Notes: generated from the sequence alone by a model not told the origin. A stretch of 64,000 bases of DNA from Promethearchaeati archaeon SRVP18_Atabeyarchaeia-1 (GCA_037308085.1 CP147779.1:1216001-1280000); one strand, 5' to 3'; numbered from the stretch's first letter, positions 29,822 through 39,747 are shown. Numbers and translations are program-made.

Positions 29822-31795
29822 TTGAAGTTCCCAATTAGGGCGCCACTCTATTGGTGCCACAACTGCAATGTCCCGATAGTCGATGCTGGGATCTGCTCGG
29901 CATGTGACGAACGAGGAGAGGAACTGCGTCTGTACCCGCCAGCAGACGTCAGACCAGCGTTCAGGAATGACCTGGAATTCATTCGGAGTGTAGTCAGATC
30001 ACAATATGGGAAAGCAGCTGAGAAGGTTATTCCTCTCAACAAGATAGTTCTTCTGAATAAAACGCCAGCCATAGATCATCTTGACGACATTATTGTGGAT
30101 GGTCACTCCATCGGCTCCATCGGATTTGACCCGTTCAGAATGAAGTGGCTCTTTAGACCCAGAGCCGAGGGCGCAAAGAGAATAGGTGACAGCGCAGACA
30201 AGAGATTCGTGAAGGTGAATTCAGGCGCTAGGCGATATGTGCGCAGAGAGCGAGACATTTTTTCATCAAACATTGCGGAAGTCGGACCAGAAGTCTCGAA
30301 GGGAGACTACGTGCTGATCTACTCAAACACAGGTGACATCATCGGTGTAGGCAAAGTCATGAAGGATATGAGAGAAGGAGAGTCAGCAGTAGCAGTCAGA
30401 GTATCATCTCACGTTGCAGGCTCCTCAGGTGTTGAAGCAGGTCACGAGCAAGTCTCCTCTTCACCGCACGAGGGCGGGCAGGATTGGCAGCAAGTGATAA
30501 GCTGCAACGAGGAAACCCTAAATAGAAGAGAGCAGAAAGCTAAGCGATTCATTGTACGTGCTGCAGCGAGGAAGAGCGATCTGCCTAAAGCGATATCTTT
30601 CTCAGGTGGAAAGGACTCGCTGTCAATGCTTCTATTGTCAGGTGACATAGTCAATGGTCCAGTCGTCTTCATAGACACTGGATTGGAGCTTCCTGAGACA
30701 ATAGAGCACACTCATGAAATAGTACCAAAACTTGGTTTTGAGCTGGTTGAGGAAAAGGCTGGCGACATCTTCTGGGAAAGTCTTGATGTCTTCGGTCCCC
30801 CTTCAAGAGACTACAGATGGTGCTGCAAAACCTCCAAGCTCTCCCCAATAGTCAAGCTTACGAAGGAAAGGTTCCCGAGAGGTTGCCTGATGTTTGTCGG
30901 CCAAAGGCGATACGAGAGCCTAACGAGGGCTAGGAGACCAGATATCTGGATCAATCCGTGGATACCTGTGAACGTTGAGGCTTCGCCCATAAACGATTGG
31001 ACAGCGCTTCATGTCTGGCTCTACTTGATGAGAAAGAAGGTCACCCCAAACCCGCTTTACTTTGAAGGAATGGATAGAATTGGCTGCTGGCTGTGCCCAG
31101 CCTGCGAGATGGCTGAATTCAAGATTGTTGAGAACAAACACCCTGACCTCTGGGGCAGATGGAACTCCTTCCTCCGCAACTGGTCAAAAAAGATCGGATA
31201 CGACGAAAGGTGGGTGACCCACGGTCTGTGGAGATGGAGGAAGTATCCAGGAAACATGAGAGACTTCATCACAACTCAGAACATAGACGTCACTCCAAAG
31301 AGAGCTGCCAACAAGGAGGAACCGCTGACGCTGACACTCGTGGGTGGCATGAGACCATGCGGCAGAGGAGGAATAAGCGTCGAAGGAGCATTCAACCGCC
31401 CGCCCCAGATCGAGAGTGTAGCTAACATACTTAACAGCGTAGGGATTGTCAAGGAGACCAAGGGAGCCATCAGAGTATGGAGCAAGGAAACCGAGATCTA
31501 TCTCTTCAACGACGGACGGGCAGTAATAAACTCCTCCAACGAGCTGGTCGCAAGAAATCACGCGATGAAGCTTGCCATGGCAATAACGCGTGTAGAACGA
31601 TGTATCAAGTGCGGCTCATGTGCTTCAATCTGCCCGACAGGCTCGATGGTGATCGATGCTGAGGGACCCTCCATAGACGAAGAGAAGTGTTCCCACTGTG
31701 GACTCTGCAATAAGGTATGCCCAGTTGCATACTTCGGAACGAAAGGGGGTGCGCGTTCAGGCATCTTCGGTGCGAAACTGCCTGCTGCAGTATAG
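29822..31795 (+). CDS. PAPS-reductase-family protein with PUA domain and C-terminal 2x[4Fe-4S]
   Basis: WC..CNVP Zn ribbon, PADVRPAF, SFSGGKDS, IDTGLE, RWCCKTSK, GQRRYES, RIGCWLCP and two CxxCxxCxxxCP motifs. Confidence 0.88.
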   Translation: MKFPIRAPLYWCHNCNVPIVDAGICSACDERGEELRLYPPADVRPAFRNDLEFIRSVVRSQYGKAAEKVIPLNKIVLLNKTPAIDHLDDIIVDGHSIGSIGFDPFRMKWLFRPRAEGAKRIGDSADKRFVKVNSGARRYVRRERDIFSSNIAEVGPEVSKGDYVLIYSNTGDIIGVGKVMKDMREGESAVAVRVSSHVAGSSGVEAGHEQVSSSPHEGGQDWQQVISCNEETLNRREQKAKRFIVRAAARKSDLPKAISFSGGKDSLSMLLLSGDIVNGPVVFIDTGLELPETIEHTHEIVPKLGFELVEEKAGDIFWESLDVFGPPSRDYRWCCKTSKLSPIVKLTKERFPRGCLMFVGQRRYESLTRARRPDIWINPWIPVNVEASPINDWTALHVWLYLMRKKVTPNPLYFEGMDRIGCWLCPACEMAEFKIVENKHPDLWGRWNSFLRNWSKKIGYDERWVTHGLWRWRKYPGNMRDFITTQNIDVTPKRAANKEEPLTLTLVGGMRPCGRGGISVEGAFNRPPQIESVANILNSVGIVKETKGAIRVWSKETEIYLFNDGRAVINSSNELVARNHAMKLAMAITRVERCIKCGSCASICPTGSMVIDAEGPSIDEEKCSHCGLCNKVCPVAYFGTKGGARSGIFGAKLPAAV

Positions 31796-31836
31796 GTAAT
31801 CGGGAGTAGTGAGAAGAATTTCTGCAAACCCATACC

Positions 31837-32811
31837 TTAAGGTCTCCAGCCTTCGAGTAGCGCCACCATGATCGAGGAGCATGTTAAATCAGCGGTCGTC
31901 CCGGGGTTAAGCTTCCCATCTTCCTTTGATAGATCATCGTCTAGACTCTGTATCATTTTCTTTCCCCTATTAGATGTGAGACCCCCTGCCTCAATTATCT
32001 CCTTAGCTCGCTTTGATATGCCTTGGGCAGCAGACTCCCCACCTTTGCGAAGGATGAGCGTATCTGTTTCTCTTGAGAGGATCGTAAGGTATGTGTGAAC
32101 TGTTGCAGTGTTGATGTCTTGGGTATCTTCAAAAGTCTTGGTGAAGGCTGGATAACCAACCTCGAAGGTTACCCTCATTCCGGTGACAAGTTCTTTGCTT
32201 ATGGCATCCCATGGTGCACTTATCTCAAAGACCTTGAATAGACTTGCATTCCTCTGAATGATCTCGTCGCGAGATGCTTCAGAGTTGACATCAAGTTCTG
32301 GAACCGCGCGCAGACCGCCCGGTCTGGCAACCCTGATAGCCTCGTAGACGTTAACCGCATCTTTTGGTGTGGTCCCCCGCATCACGCGGTCGGCTTCTTG
32401 CCTTATCCCTCCAACAGTCATCATTCCTGAAGAAGAAGCCGCTCCGGCAGCCACACACAATGGTGCGAGAAGTAACACTGAACCGAGGTTGGTGTTCCCA
32501 CCATGCTGCCATCTCTGGGTATCCGAAATCGCTTTCAAGATGTGCTTGCCAAGCTCCACTTCTCCCTCGGTCAGTCTTTTCAGACCAAGGAGGGCACCAT
32601 TCAGCGCAAGGGTCGTCATAGCAGGAGTTATCGCCACGCCGCTACATAGGAAATGCTCATACCTAGTTTTGCTAAAGTCCTTGGTTCGGTGAACATTTCC
32701 AGGCTTCGGGAATCCACTCACTTCCAGAAGTATTGAAAGTGAGGCACTTCTCCCAATGTCATCGGCAAGGTCCGAGAGAACAAATTCCTGCAAGCCCGCA
32801 AACCCTCTCAC
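31837..32811 (-). CDS. citG: Triphosphoribosyl-dephospho-CoA synthase (CitG/MdcB family, archaeal type)
   Basis: LEV..FPKPGNVHR, NTNLG..LLLAPL, DTLILRKGG, LNPGTTADL. Confidence 0.88.
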   Translation of the reverse strand: MRGFAGLQEFVLSDLADDIGRSASLSILLEVSGFPKPGNVHRTKDFSKTRYEHFLCSGVAITPAMTTLALNGALLGLKRLTEGEVELGKHILKAISDTQRWQHGGNTNLGSVLLLAPLCVAAGAASSSGMMTVGGIRQEADRVMRGTTPKDAVNVYEAIRVARPGGLRAVPELDVNSEASRDEIIQRNASLFKVFEISAPWDAISKELVTGMRVTFEVGYPAFTKTFEDTQDINTATVHTYLTILSRETDTLILRKGGESAAQGISKRAKEIIEAGGLTSNRGKKMIQSLDDDLSKEDGKLNPGTTADLTCSSIMVALLEGWRP

Positions 32812-33158
32812 TGAACGCTAGCATTACATTGGAGGCAATTTATAGCCAAATTCTACAACGATTTCAGACATCACACCATTGAAAATCATACTACCTCAAA
32901 TGATTTAACATTTTTGCTGAAAGTGGACTGCGCGTCACCAGCAAAGCCAGCCAAGAAAGCTCTGCGCCTGGACTAATTCAGAGCCTTCTGATCGATTTAG
33001 GGCTCATCCTACGCATTGGCGCCTGACAGCGCGATTCGAGAGGAGAGGTAACTATTTATCGGGATTGATCGCCTTCGTTCCATCTGGCCCCATATGCTAG
33101 CCCTGGCAGTAGAAGGTCAAAACCATTCTCGGAAAAAGTGTTTCCTGAGGAGATCACA

Positions 33159-34727
33159 GTGGCCAAACTGGCAATAGATAGACTAGACGCACTGTTCAAT
33201 CCAAGAAGTATAGCCCTCATCGGCGCTAGCAATAACCCGCTAAAGTGGGGCTTCATCATCCCCACAAATATCATAACAGGTCAGTACAAGGGAGAGCTCT
33301 TCTTGGTGAATCCAAAGGAGAAGACAATACTCGCCAGGCAATCCTATCCGAACCTTGCTGCCATACCCAGAGACATAGACCTAGCCATCATAGCGACTCC
33401 CTCCGGCACCGTACCGTCAGTAATGGAAGAGTGCATTGAGAAGCGCATCAAGGCTTCCATAGTCATAACAGCGGGCTATAGCGAGACGGGCGAAGAAGGA
33501 GCTAAACTGGAGAGAGAAGTGGTCAATATTGCCACGCGAGGCGGAATTACCGTTGTGGGACCAAACACCATGGGAGTCTACAGTGCTTCTACGAGTCTCT
33601 ACGCGCTGATGCCCCCTGTCAGACCAAAACCAGGTGCCGTTGCCTTGGTCTCCCAGAGTGGTAACCTGGGAACCCAGTTACTCGACATGGGCGAACCTGC
33701 CGGCATAGGCTTCACGAAGTTCGTAAGCTCAGGTAACGAGGCTCAGACCACCACAGAGGACTATCTCGAGTACTTCGGCAGAGACCCAGAGACAAAGGTC
33801 ATACTCGCTTACATAGAGGGTCTCAAAGGCATCGAGGGTGGAAGAAGATTCATGGAAGTCGCGCGAGAGATCACCAAGAGGAAGCCAATAATAGTCTACA
33901 AAGCCGGTCGTTCACAATCCGGCGCCAGAGCAGCAAAATCACACTCAGGCGCGATTGCGGGCTCAGAACAGATATATGAGGCAGCTTTCAAGCAGCTTGG
34001 AGTAATTCAAGCCTCGACCATAGGGCAACTACTTGACCTAGCACGGGGCTTCGAAGGATCGCCGCTCCCTCGGGGCAGACGCGTTCTAATTGAGACATGG
34101 GGTGGCGGTTACGGCGTTGTTACTGCAGACGCATGCGAAGAGGATGGACTGGAGGTAGCCAAGCTTTCACCGAACCTGGTGGCAGAGTTGGACAAGATCC
34201 TGCCGCCTTACTGGAGCAAGGGGAACCCTGTCGATCTCGTCGGCACGCTCAACAGGGATGCACACCTAAAATGCTTGGAGCTACTCGCCAAGAGCAGTGA
34301 CGGCGACGCGACTATTGCGCTAGGCGTGATTGCTGGCGCGTCACGATTTGTCGAACTCATCCTGCAGTCGGGCAGTTTGCCGGATATCAAAGGCGGAGAG
34401 GAATTTGCCCAGATGTTCAAGAAAGGTGACGAAGACTCGGTGAATGAGATATCAAAACTCGTAGCGAAGTATGGAAAACCTATAGTAGCGGTCACCCTAA
34501 CTTCAGGCGGCGGAGGGATAACAGAGGAACTAAAGCAATGGAAAAACATACTCGTTTACCCGACACCTGAAAAAGCAACCAAGGTCCTATCGAAACTATA
34601 TGAGTACCAAAGATACCTTGACACGGAAACTCAGAGAAAAGGCAAAAACGCAAAGTCTAGAGGACATGCAAGGCTGAGTCCATCAGAAGCAAGCAGAAGA
34701 AAACCAAGCCAGAACCAGGAAATCTAA
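33159..34727 (+). CDS. acdA: ADP-forming acyl-CoA synthetase alpha subunit
   Basis: LFNPRSIALIGAS, ITAGYSE, GPNTMG, SQSG, SSGNEA, phospho-His loop AAKSHSGA, NPVDL. Confidence 0.88.
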   Translation: MAKLAIDRLDALFNPRSIALIGASNNPLKWGFIIPTNIITGQYKGELFLVNPKEKTILARQSYPNLAAIPRDIDLAIIATPSGTVPSVMEECIEKRIKASIVITAGYSETGEEGAKLEREVVNIATRGGITVVGPNTMGVYSASTSLYALMPPVRPKPGAVALVSQSGNLGTQLLDMGEPAGIGFTKFVSSGNEAQTTTEDYLEYFGRDPETKVILAYIEGLKGIEGGRRFMEVAREITKRKPIIVYKAGRSQSGARAAKSHSGAIAGSEQIYEAAFKQLGVIQASTIGQLLDLARGFEGSPLPRGRRVLIETWGGGYGVVTADACEEDGLEVAKLSPNLVAELDKILPPYWSKGNPVDLVGTLNRDAHLKCLELLAKSSDGDATIALGVIAGASRFVELILQSGSLPDIKGGEEFAQMFKKGDEDSVNEISKLVAKYGKPIVAVTLTSGGGGITEELKQWKNILVYPTPEKATKVLSKLYEYQRYLDTETQRKGKNAKSRGHARLSPSEASRRKPSQNQEI

Positions 34728-34787
34728 AGATTTAAGTATCCATAGAATGCTTAGCAAGAAACGAATCATCAGGCGGTGGAGTAAGCA

Positions 34788-35192
34788 TTGCCAAAACCCC
34801 TCAGTAGAGAGGAAGCGAAGAAACCCAAGAACGCCCCGACAGCTCCAACGGGAAGAGGAGCCACGCTATTCCACTACGGCGTCGCGTTTTCTCTCATAGC
34901 ATCCCTACTGATTATCGCTGAAGGCATCAAGATCATCATCTACTCGCCTCTGGCCTACCACATCCCGCTTCTTGCGGATTTCGGAGGGTACCTCAACCTC
35001 CTTTTCGGCATCATCGCGCTAATCGGGTTCATCGGCGTAACCTTGGCGAGCGGGCATAAGAAGGTCAAGAACATCAGCGCAGCCATGATTGGCCTCTTCT
35101 CCATCTTGAGCTTAATATTCTTCGGAGGAGGATTCTACCTAGGATTCATACTCGGTGTATTCGGTGCGCTCCTTACGGCGGCGCGGGAATGA
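34788..35192 (+). CDS. Small membrane protein (about 4 TM)
   Basis: Hydrophobic segments ending GGGFYLGFILGVFGALL; RBS GGTGGAG. Confidence 0.7.
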   Translation: MPKPLSREEAKKPKNAPTAPTGRGATLFHYGVAFSLIASLLIIAEGIKIIIYSPLAYHIPLLADFGGYLNLLFGIIALIGFIGVTLASGHKKVKNISAAMIGLFSILSLIFFGGGFYLGFILGVFGALLTAARE

Positions 35193-35355
35193 GCAAGTAG
35201 TATGATGAGGCTGGGCAGAAGCGCATACACCATCCTTATTTAAGATTCCAGCCAACGTTTACAGTCCTGTTTTGGAACAACCGCACTGCAAGGTCATGAT
35301 ATATATGCAACGCATTGTTTAGGATTATGCCACGTTAGAAGAGGAGTGATGTCTA

Positions 35356-35742
35356 ATGTCTCAAATCATCGTAGACGGCGGCGATCTTGCAAAGTCTAAG
35401 GGCGACTCGATGGCAAGATTAGCCGAGTTCTTGAACGGCATTCGTTCGCTCAAGGTACAGGCCAAAGTAGGTGGAAAGGGAATAACAATAACGCCGAAAG
35501 AGGCAACGGCAAAAGCCCCAACCAGGAAAGGATCGAAAAAGAAAGGCAAAAAGGCCTCTGGGGCGGAGACGGCGACCGCGGTCATCTCGAAGACTAAACT
35601 GAAAGTATACCTGAAGAGATTCATCAACAAGGAGGGGCTTAGTGACGGGATGAGGGTCATCTCCAGTGGACCTGACGGCTTCACTTTCCATGAGAAACCG
35701 ATACTCGGAGAACAACTCGCGCCTTTGGAGGGAGAAGAGTGA
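35356..35742 (+). CDS. rpl22e: Eukaryote-type ribosomal protein eL22 homologue
   Basis: ISKTKLKVYLKRFINKEGLSDGMRVIS resembles eL22 [26 protein letters not shown]; N-terminal IVD...L.EFL; acidic tail; strong RBS GAGGAGTGA. Confidence 0.7.
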   Translation: MSQIIVDGGDLAKSKGDSMARLAEFLNGIRSLKVQAKVGGKGITITPKEATAKAPTRKGSKKKGKKASGAETATAVISKTKLKVYLKRFINKEGLSDGMRVISSGPDGFTFHEKPILGEQLAPLEGEE

Positions 35743-35828
35743 AAACCTGCTCTGGCATAAAGGGCGGGTTCCTCAATCCTCCTTTTCTGATTCTCAGTCA
35801 GACAAGTTGAAAGCTTATTAGAGTTCTG

Positions 35829-37058
35829 TTACCTCTGCGGCTGATAACCGTTTAGGTCAACTTCTCCGCTTTGGCTCATAGCCTTGTTGAAGGGACTAAT
35901 CACTGCTACACGTGCGGAGCGATCCAGGGTGAACCGCACCCTTTCATCTTGGGCTTTAAGCATGTTCAGACAAGCATTTACATGTCGATCTATTCCGCAG
36001 CATTCTAGGGTTTTCGCTTTCGGGTCTCGCATGATACACCCACACACCGCGCATACCCTAGAAGTGTTCCAAGGACTCACTTTGACGGCTTTGACTCCTT
36101 CCCAGAGAGCCTTGTACTCGATGAAGCCTTGTAGCCTGTGGAAGCTCCACGAGTTCAGCCTCCGCTTCAGCCTCTTGGAGCGCACGCTGATCATCTGGAC
36201 CTTCCCGTTGAAACTGTTGACGCCTAGTGCTTTCCTGTTGATTGCCCTGCGGATGTGTCTAAGGTCTTCGAGAATAATGCCTTGCCCTCTGTTCTTCGCT
36301 TGCCTAACTATTGCTGAACTCACCTGATGCAGCATCGTGTTGACTTTGTTGTTCTGGTTAGCGAACCATCTTCTCTGGATCTTCGTCGCCACCCGCCTAT
36401 CCTTAGCGTACTTGGATTGAGCTCTCCGCACCCGCTCAAAGTACCCTTGCCTAGCCTCTGAAACTCCTGACAAGTCGTGGCTTTCAACAGCCAGTTCTCC
36501 GCCTTCTCTTACGTAGGCTCCATCTATTGAGCGTTCATTCGTGTCGTACGCCACGTAGCTCCCTGGTTCGGTAATCTCAGCGGTCTTCGAGAAAACCACT
36601 GAAACCGTGGAAGCAGTCAAGGTCACTGAGCCTAACTTGAGCGCGGCGTCTGATAGGAACTGTGCCGCCCTCTTGTGGAGGGGGACGTAGAAGTACTCTC
36701 TGGGCTTGATCGGTATTCTCAGCTTGCCGTCAACGACCTTGTAGGCTTGGTTTCCCAGTTTAGCCGTGAGCTTCGTAGCTCTCGGCACTCGAGCGTTCTG
36801 GCGCCTTCTCCTCTTCGCTTTCCGGTAGTTCTTCAGGATGGCGGTGGCAGCCTCTGTGGCTGAGAGGCTGTACCAGGTGTGGAGACCGAAACCACTTAGC
36901 TGGTGGTAGACCTCGCTTTGCAGGCTGAACCTCGAGGTCACATTCTTCTCCAGGCCGACGCGGATGCAGCAGTTAACCATGGTTCTGAAGGTTTCTAGTA
37001 GGCTGAGAACACGACTTGTAGGCTCGTACGGTATCTGCACCGCTTTAATTGCCTGCAT
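35829..37058 (-). CDS. tnpB: TnpB family RNA-guided nuclease (RuvC-III Asp replaced by His)
   Basis: RuvC-I YVAYDTNE, RuvC-II IILEDL, W.F..LQGFIEYKA, NTSRVCAVCG, DRHVNA. ATG 37058 lies 24 nt below TTTAAATA. Confidence 0.9.
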   Translation of the reverse strand: MQAIKAVQIPYEPTSRVLSLLETFRTMVNCCIRVGLEKNVTSRFSLQSEVYHQLSGFGLHTWYSLSATEAATAILKNYRKAKRRRRQNARVPRATKLTAKLGNQAYKVVDGKLRIPIKPREYFYVPLHKRAAQFLSDAALKLGSVTLTASTVSVVFSKTAEITEPGSYVAYDTNERSIDGAYVREGGELAVESHDLSGVSEARQGYFERVRRAQSKYAKDRRVATKIQRRWFANQNNKVNTMLHQVSSAIVRQAKNRGQGIILEDLRHIRRAINRKALGVNSFNGKVQMISVRSKRLKRRLNSWSFHRLQGFIEYKALWEGVKAVKVSPWNTSRVCAVCGCIMRDPKAKTLECCGIDRHVNACLNMLKAQDERVRFTLDRSARVAVISPFNKAMSQSGEVDLNGYQPQR

Positions 37059-37081
37059 AAAACCAAATAAGCCAAAAATCT

Positions 37082-37089
37082 TATTTAAA
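37082..37089 (-). promoter_or_regulatory. TATA box of tnpB (leaderless transcript), inside element E1
   Basis: TTTAAATA on the minus strand, 24 nt upstream of ATG 37058 and just inside the TIR. Confidence 0.65.
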
Positions 37090-37237
37090 CTCACCAACCG
37101 CAGAGGTAACAGATCCCTTATTAGGTAGGATTGTAAGATCACAGCATGCTCCTAGATACGCGCGACGCATCTAGGCTTGCTAGAGGAGCCGTGTCGGGGA
37201 AGCGCACTCTGATGGCTACTCGGAAGAGGCGATTCAC

Positions 37238-38032
37238 TTGCCAAAGGTAAAATGCAATGACATAAACATCTGTTATGAGGTTCAAGGTAAGGGGTATCCG
37301 CTTGTAATGATAATGGGGCTATCCGCCAACATGGACTGGTGGGATCCAAAGCTAATCGAGGAAACCTCGAGGAAATACAAGATAGCCATCTTCGATAATC
37401 GTGGCGCCGGGCGCACCGACGCACCCAAGATTGACTATTCCATCAAGATGTTCGCCGACGACACAGCAAAACTAATGGACAACCTGAAGATACAGAAAGC
37501 ACACGTACTCGGCATCTCAATGGGGGGAATGATAGCACAGGAATTCGCTCTTACCTATCCACAGAGAGTTGAGAAGCTCGTCCTCTGCTCAACTAGCTGC
37601 GGAGGGATCAAATCAGTGCCTCCAGCACCCAAAATAATGAGCGTCTTAAGTGGCGGTGGAGCAAGGACACCAGAGGACCTGGTAAAGAATACTATCCCAG
37701 TCCTCTTCACTGAAGACTTCATTAAAGGCAATCCTGCCTTCATAAAAGTGGTAACTGAGCGACTTATGAAGGCGCCAATTGCGCTCGACGCGTATATGCG
37801 ACAAGTAAAAGCGATTATGGCGTGGGACACGTACGCTCGGCTTCCGAAGATCAAAGCGCCCGCGTTAGTGATGCACGGTAAGAAAGATATTCTTGTTCCT
37901 CCAGAGAACGCTAAGATCCTAGCTGATAGAATACCAGGGGCAAAGCTTGCATACTTCGATAATAGCGCACATGCACTTTTCTCGCAGGAAACTGACAAGG
38001 TGATCAGCACTCTGCTTCAATTTCTTGCATGA
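37238..38032 (+). CDS. Alpha/beta hydrolase (enol-lactone hydrolase-like)
   Basis: FDNRGAG, GISMGG nucleophile elbow, HGKKD, SAH. Confidence 0.9.
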   Translation: MPKVKCNDINICYEVQGKGYPLVMIMGLSANMDWWDPKLIEETSRKYKIAIFDNRGAGRTDAPKIDYSIKMFADDTAKLMDNLKIQKAHVLGISMGGMIAQEFALTYPQRVEKLVLCSTSCGGIKSVPPAPKIMSVLSGGGARTPEDLVKNTIPVLFTEDFIKGNPAFIKVVTERLMKAPIALDAYMRQVKAIMAWDTYARLPKIKAPALVMHGKKDILVPPENAKILADRIPGAKLAYFDNSAHALFSQETDKVISTLLQFLA

Positions 38033-38036
38033 CTAC

Positions 38037-39002
38037 CGCTCTGTTAACTCTTCGGGTGACAGTTGGTGCCGTTAGCTTCTCGGCCGTATGGTGGCCTTAT
38101 TAGTCGAAGTACCCCCTTTTTCGGGCAAGCAGGCGGTCAAAGCCGTCAAGCAGAGCTACACGCCACCAACCGAACTACTCAGCCTCCTAGACGAGTTCAG
38201 AAAGATGGTGAACGACTGCATACAAATCGGTCTGGCTGAGAATGTTACGTCGATGAAGGCGCTCTCAAAGAAAGCATACCGTGAACTCGCACGATACGAC
38301 GCGCCAACCTACTACCGTCTGACTGCGATTAGTAAAGCTACCGGGATCCTTCGGAATTATGGGCACGCGCTGAGGAAGCTGCAGAGGGTGAAGAAGCCCT
38401 ATGCAACAAGGCTCATGCTCACTGACTGCTACGGCTTCAAGATAATTAATGGCGAACTCAGACTGCCCATCAGGGCAAGAGAGTACATCCATGTTCCGCT
38501 GAACGCCTACACGTTGCAGTCTATTGAGGGTTCGACTGTCCGTTCAGTCTGCTTGAGCGCCTCCGCCCTGTCATTAGCTTTCTCGAAGGAGGTTACTCAG
38601 GCTGAGCCTGCGGGTCTAATCGGGGTAGACCGCAACCTCGACAACGTAACCGCTGCATCCTCAAACGAAGGTGTGAGGAGGTATAACCTGTCAAGGGCAA
38701 CCGATATCAAGGAGAACTGCAGGCAGGCCAAGCGGGGTTTCAAGCGAGGCGATTGCCGAGTCATGAAGCAGCTCTACTCCAAATATGGGCGAATCCAGAG
38801 GAACAAGGTAAACTGGATACTGCACAACACCTCAGCAAGCATAGTGGAGCAGGCGAAGGAGAAACAGTTCGGCATAGTCATGGAGGACATCAAGGGCATC
38901 CGAAAACTCTACAGGAAGGGAAACTGGCAGGGCAAGGACTACAGGGCGAGGATGGAGCAGATGCCACCCAGCTAACTCTTCAACCGAAGAGTTAACAGAA
39001 CC
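38037..39002 (+). mobile_element. Second TIR-bounded TnpB element, internally deleted (E2)
   Basis: TIRs at 38037-38055 (CGCTCTGTTAACTCTTCGG) and 38984-39002 (rc GGTTCTGTTAACTCTTCGG), 17/19; flanks CATGACTAC / CACGAGTAC (7/9, degenerate). Confidence 0.8.
38088..38975 (+). pseudogene. tnpB: 3'-truncated tnpB
   Basis: LLDEFRKMVNDCI, RuvC-I IGVDRNLDN and RuvC-II IVMEDI are present. The ORF ends YRARMEQMPPS without the Zn finger or RuvC-III. Confidence 0.85.
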
Positions 39003-39246
39003 CACGAGTACTCTCCTTTTTCTTTTGATCTGAAGCAGACGAATCCATCGTCGAACTCAAGTTCACATGTTTTGATGGCGGTATTACGCTGATCGTCTCA
39101 GTAGACGATCCAGAACATACTAGCCTTGGAAAGGGATAAAAGTGCCGCGAACTCATTGATGTGTTAAGCATGGTAGGAGATGTCTTCGGCAAAGTATCAC
39201 GTGGGGGCGGTCACTGAAGTCCACGGAGTAAGAAGAGGTAGTCGAC

Positions 39247-39747
39247 ATGACAAAAGAAGTTAAGGTACTCATTACGGGTCCCTATCGAGTAGGAAAGTCA
39301 ACCCTAGTCAGATCGATGACTAGTGGAAGGGCCATTAACATAGATCGACGCGGCACAACGGTATGCATGGACTACGGCTACATCGACCTCGACGGGATCA
39401 GACTTCACCTCTTCGGAACACCGGGACAAGAAAGATTTGCCATCATACGGGAAGTACTCTCCACGGGCATGAGAATATTGGTCATGGTAATAGACTCGAC
39501 GAAACCAGACTCCATCGCGCAGGCAAAGAAGATCTTCGGTCAGCTAGCAATGAAAGATGTTCCGTGCATAATAGCCGCCAACAAGCAGGATTGCCCAGGC
39601 GCAATGACCCCCGCAGAAGTCCAGAGAACGATAAACCTTCGAATCCCGACTGTGGGCACTTCGGCAGTCTCAAGAGGCGGTGCACAACAGTTACTCGCAG
39701 AGATGTACAAAGCCGCTCTGAAAGTCCCAGCTTCACTTATGTCCTAG
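39247..39747 (+). CDS. Small GTPase (MglA/Ras-like)
   Basis: G1 GPYRVGKS, G2 GTTV.MDYG, G3 FGTPGQERF, G4 NKQD, G5 TSA. Confidence 0.9.
   Translation: MTKEVKVLITGPYRVGKSTLVRSMTSGRAINIDRRGTTVCMDYGYIDLDGIRLHLFGTPGQERFAIIREVLSTGMRILVMVIDSTKPDSIAQAKKIFGQLAMKDVPCIIAANKQDCPGAMTPAEVQRTINLRIPTVGTSAVSRGGAQQLLAEMYKAALKVPASLMS

Larger units (their letters stand above)
35822..37116 (-). mobile_element. TnpB-carrying non-autonomous element with terminal inverted repeats and 8-bp target-site duplication (element E1)
   Basis: TIRs at 35822-35840 (AGTTCTGTTACCTCTGCGG) and 37098-37116 (rc GGATCTGTTACCTCTGCGG), 17/19 identical; direct repeat CTTATTAG at 35814-35821 and 37117-37124. Confidence 0.9.

Noticed and set aside
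38096-38103. CTTATTAG, identical to the E1 target duplication, inside E2
   Set aside because: A single 8-mer match within a few kb is plausible by chance, and no end structure is adjacent.
35822-39002. Composite transposon formed by E1 and E2 around the alpha/beta hydrolase
   Set aside because: E1 has its own perfect TSD, the two elements have different TIR interiors, and the outer flanks do not match.
39003-39220. Possible decayed roadblock/MglB gene upstream of the GTPase
   Set aside because: The frame has an internal stop and no convincing roadblock motif.
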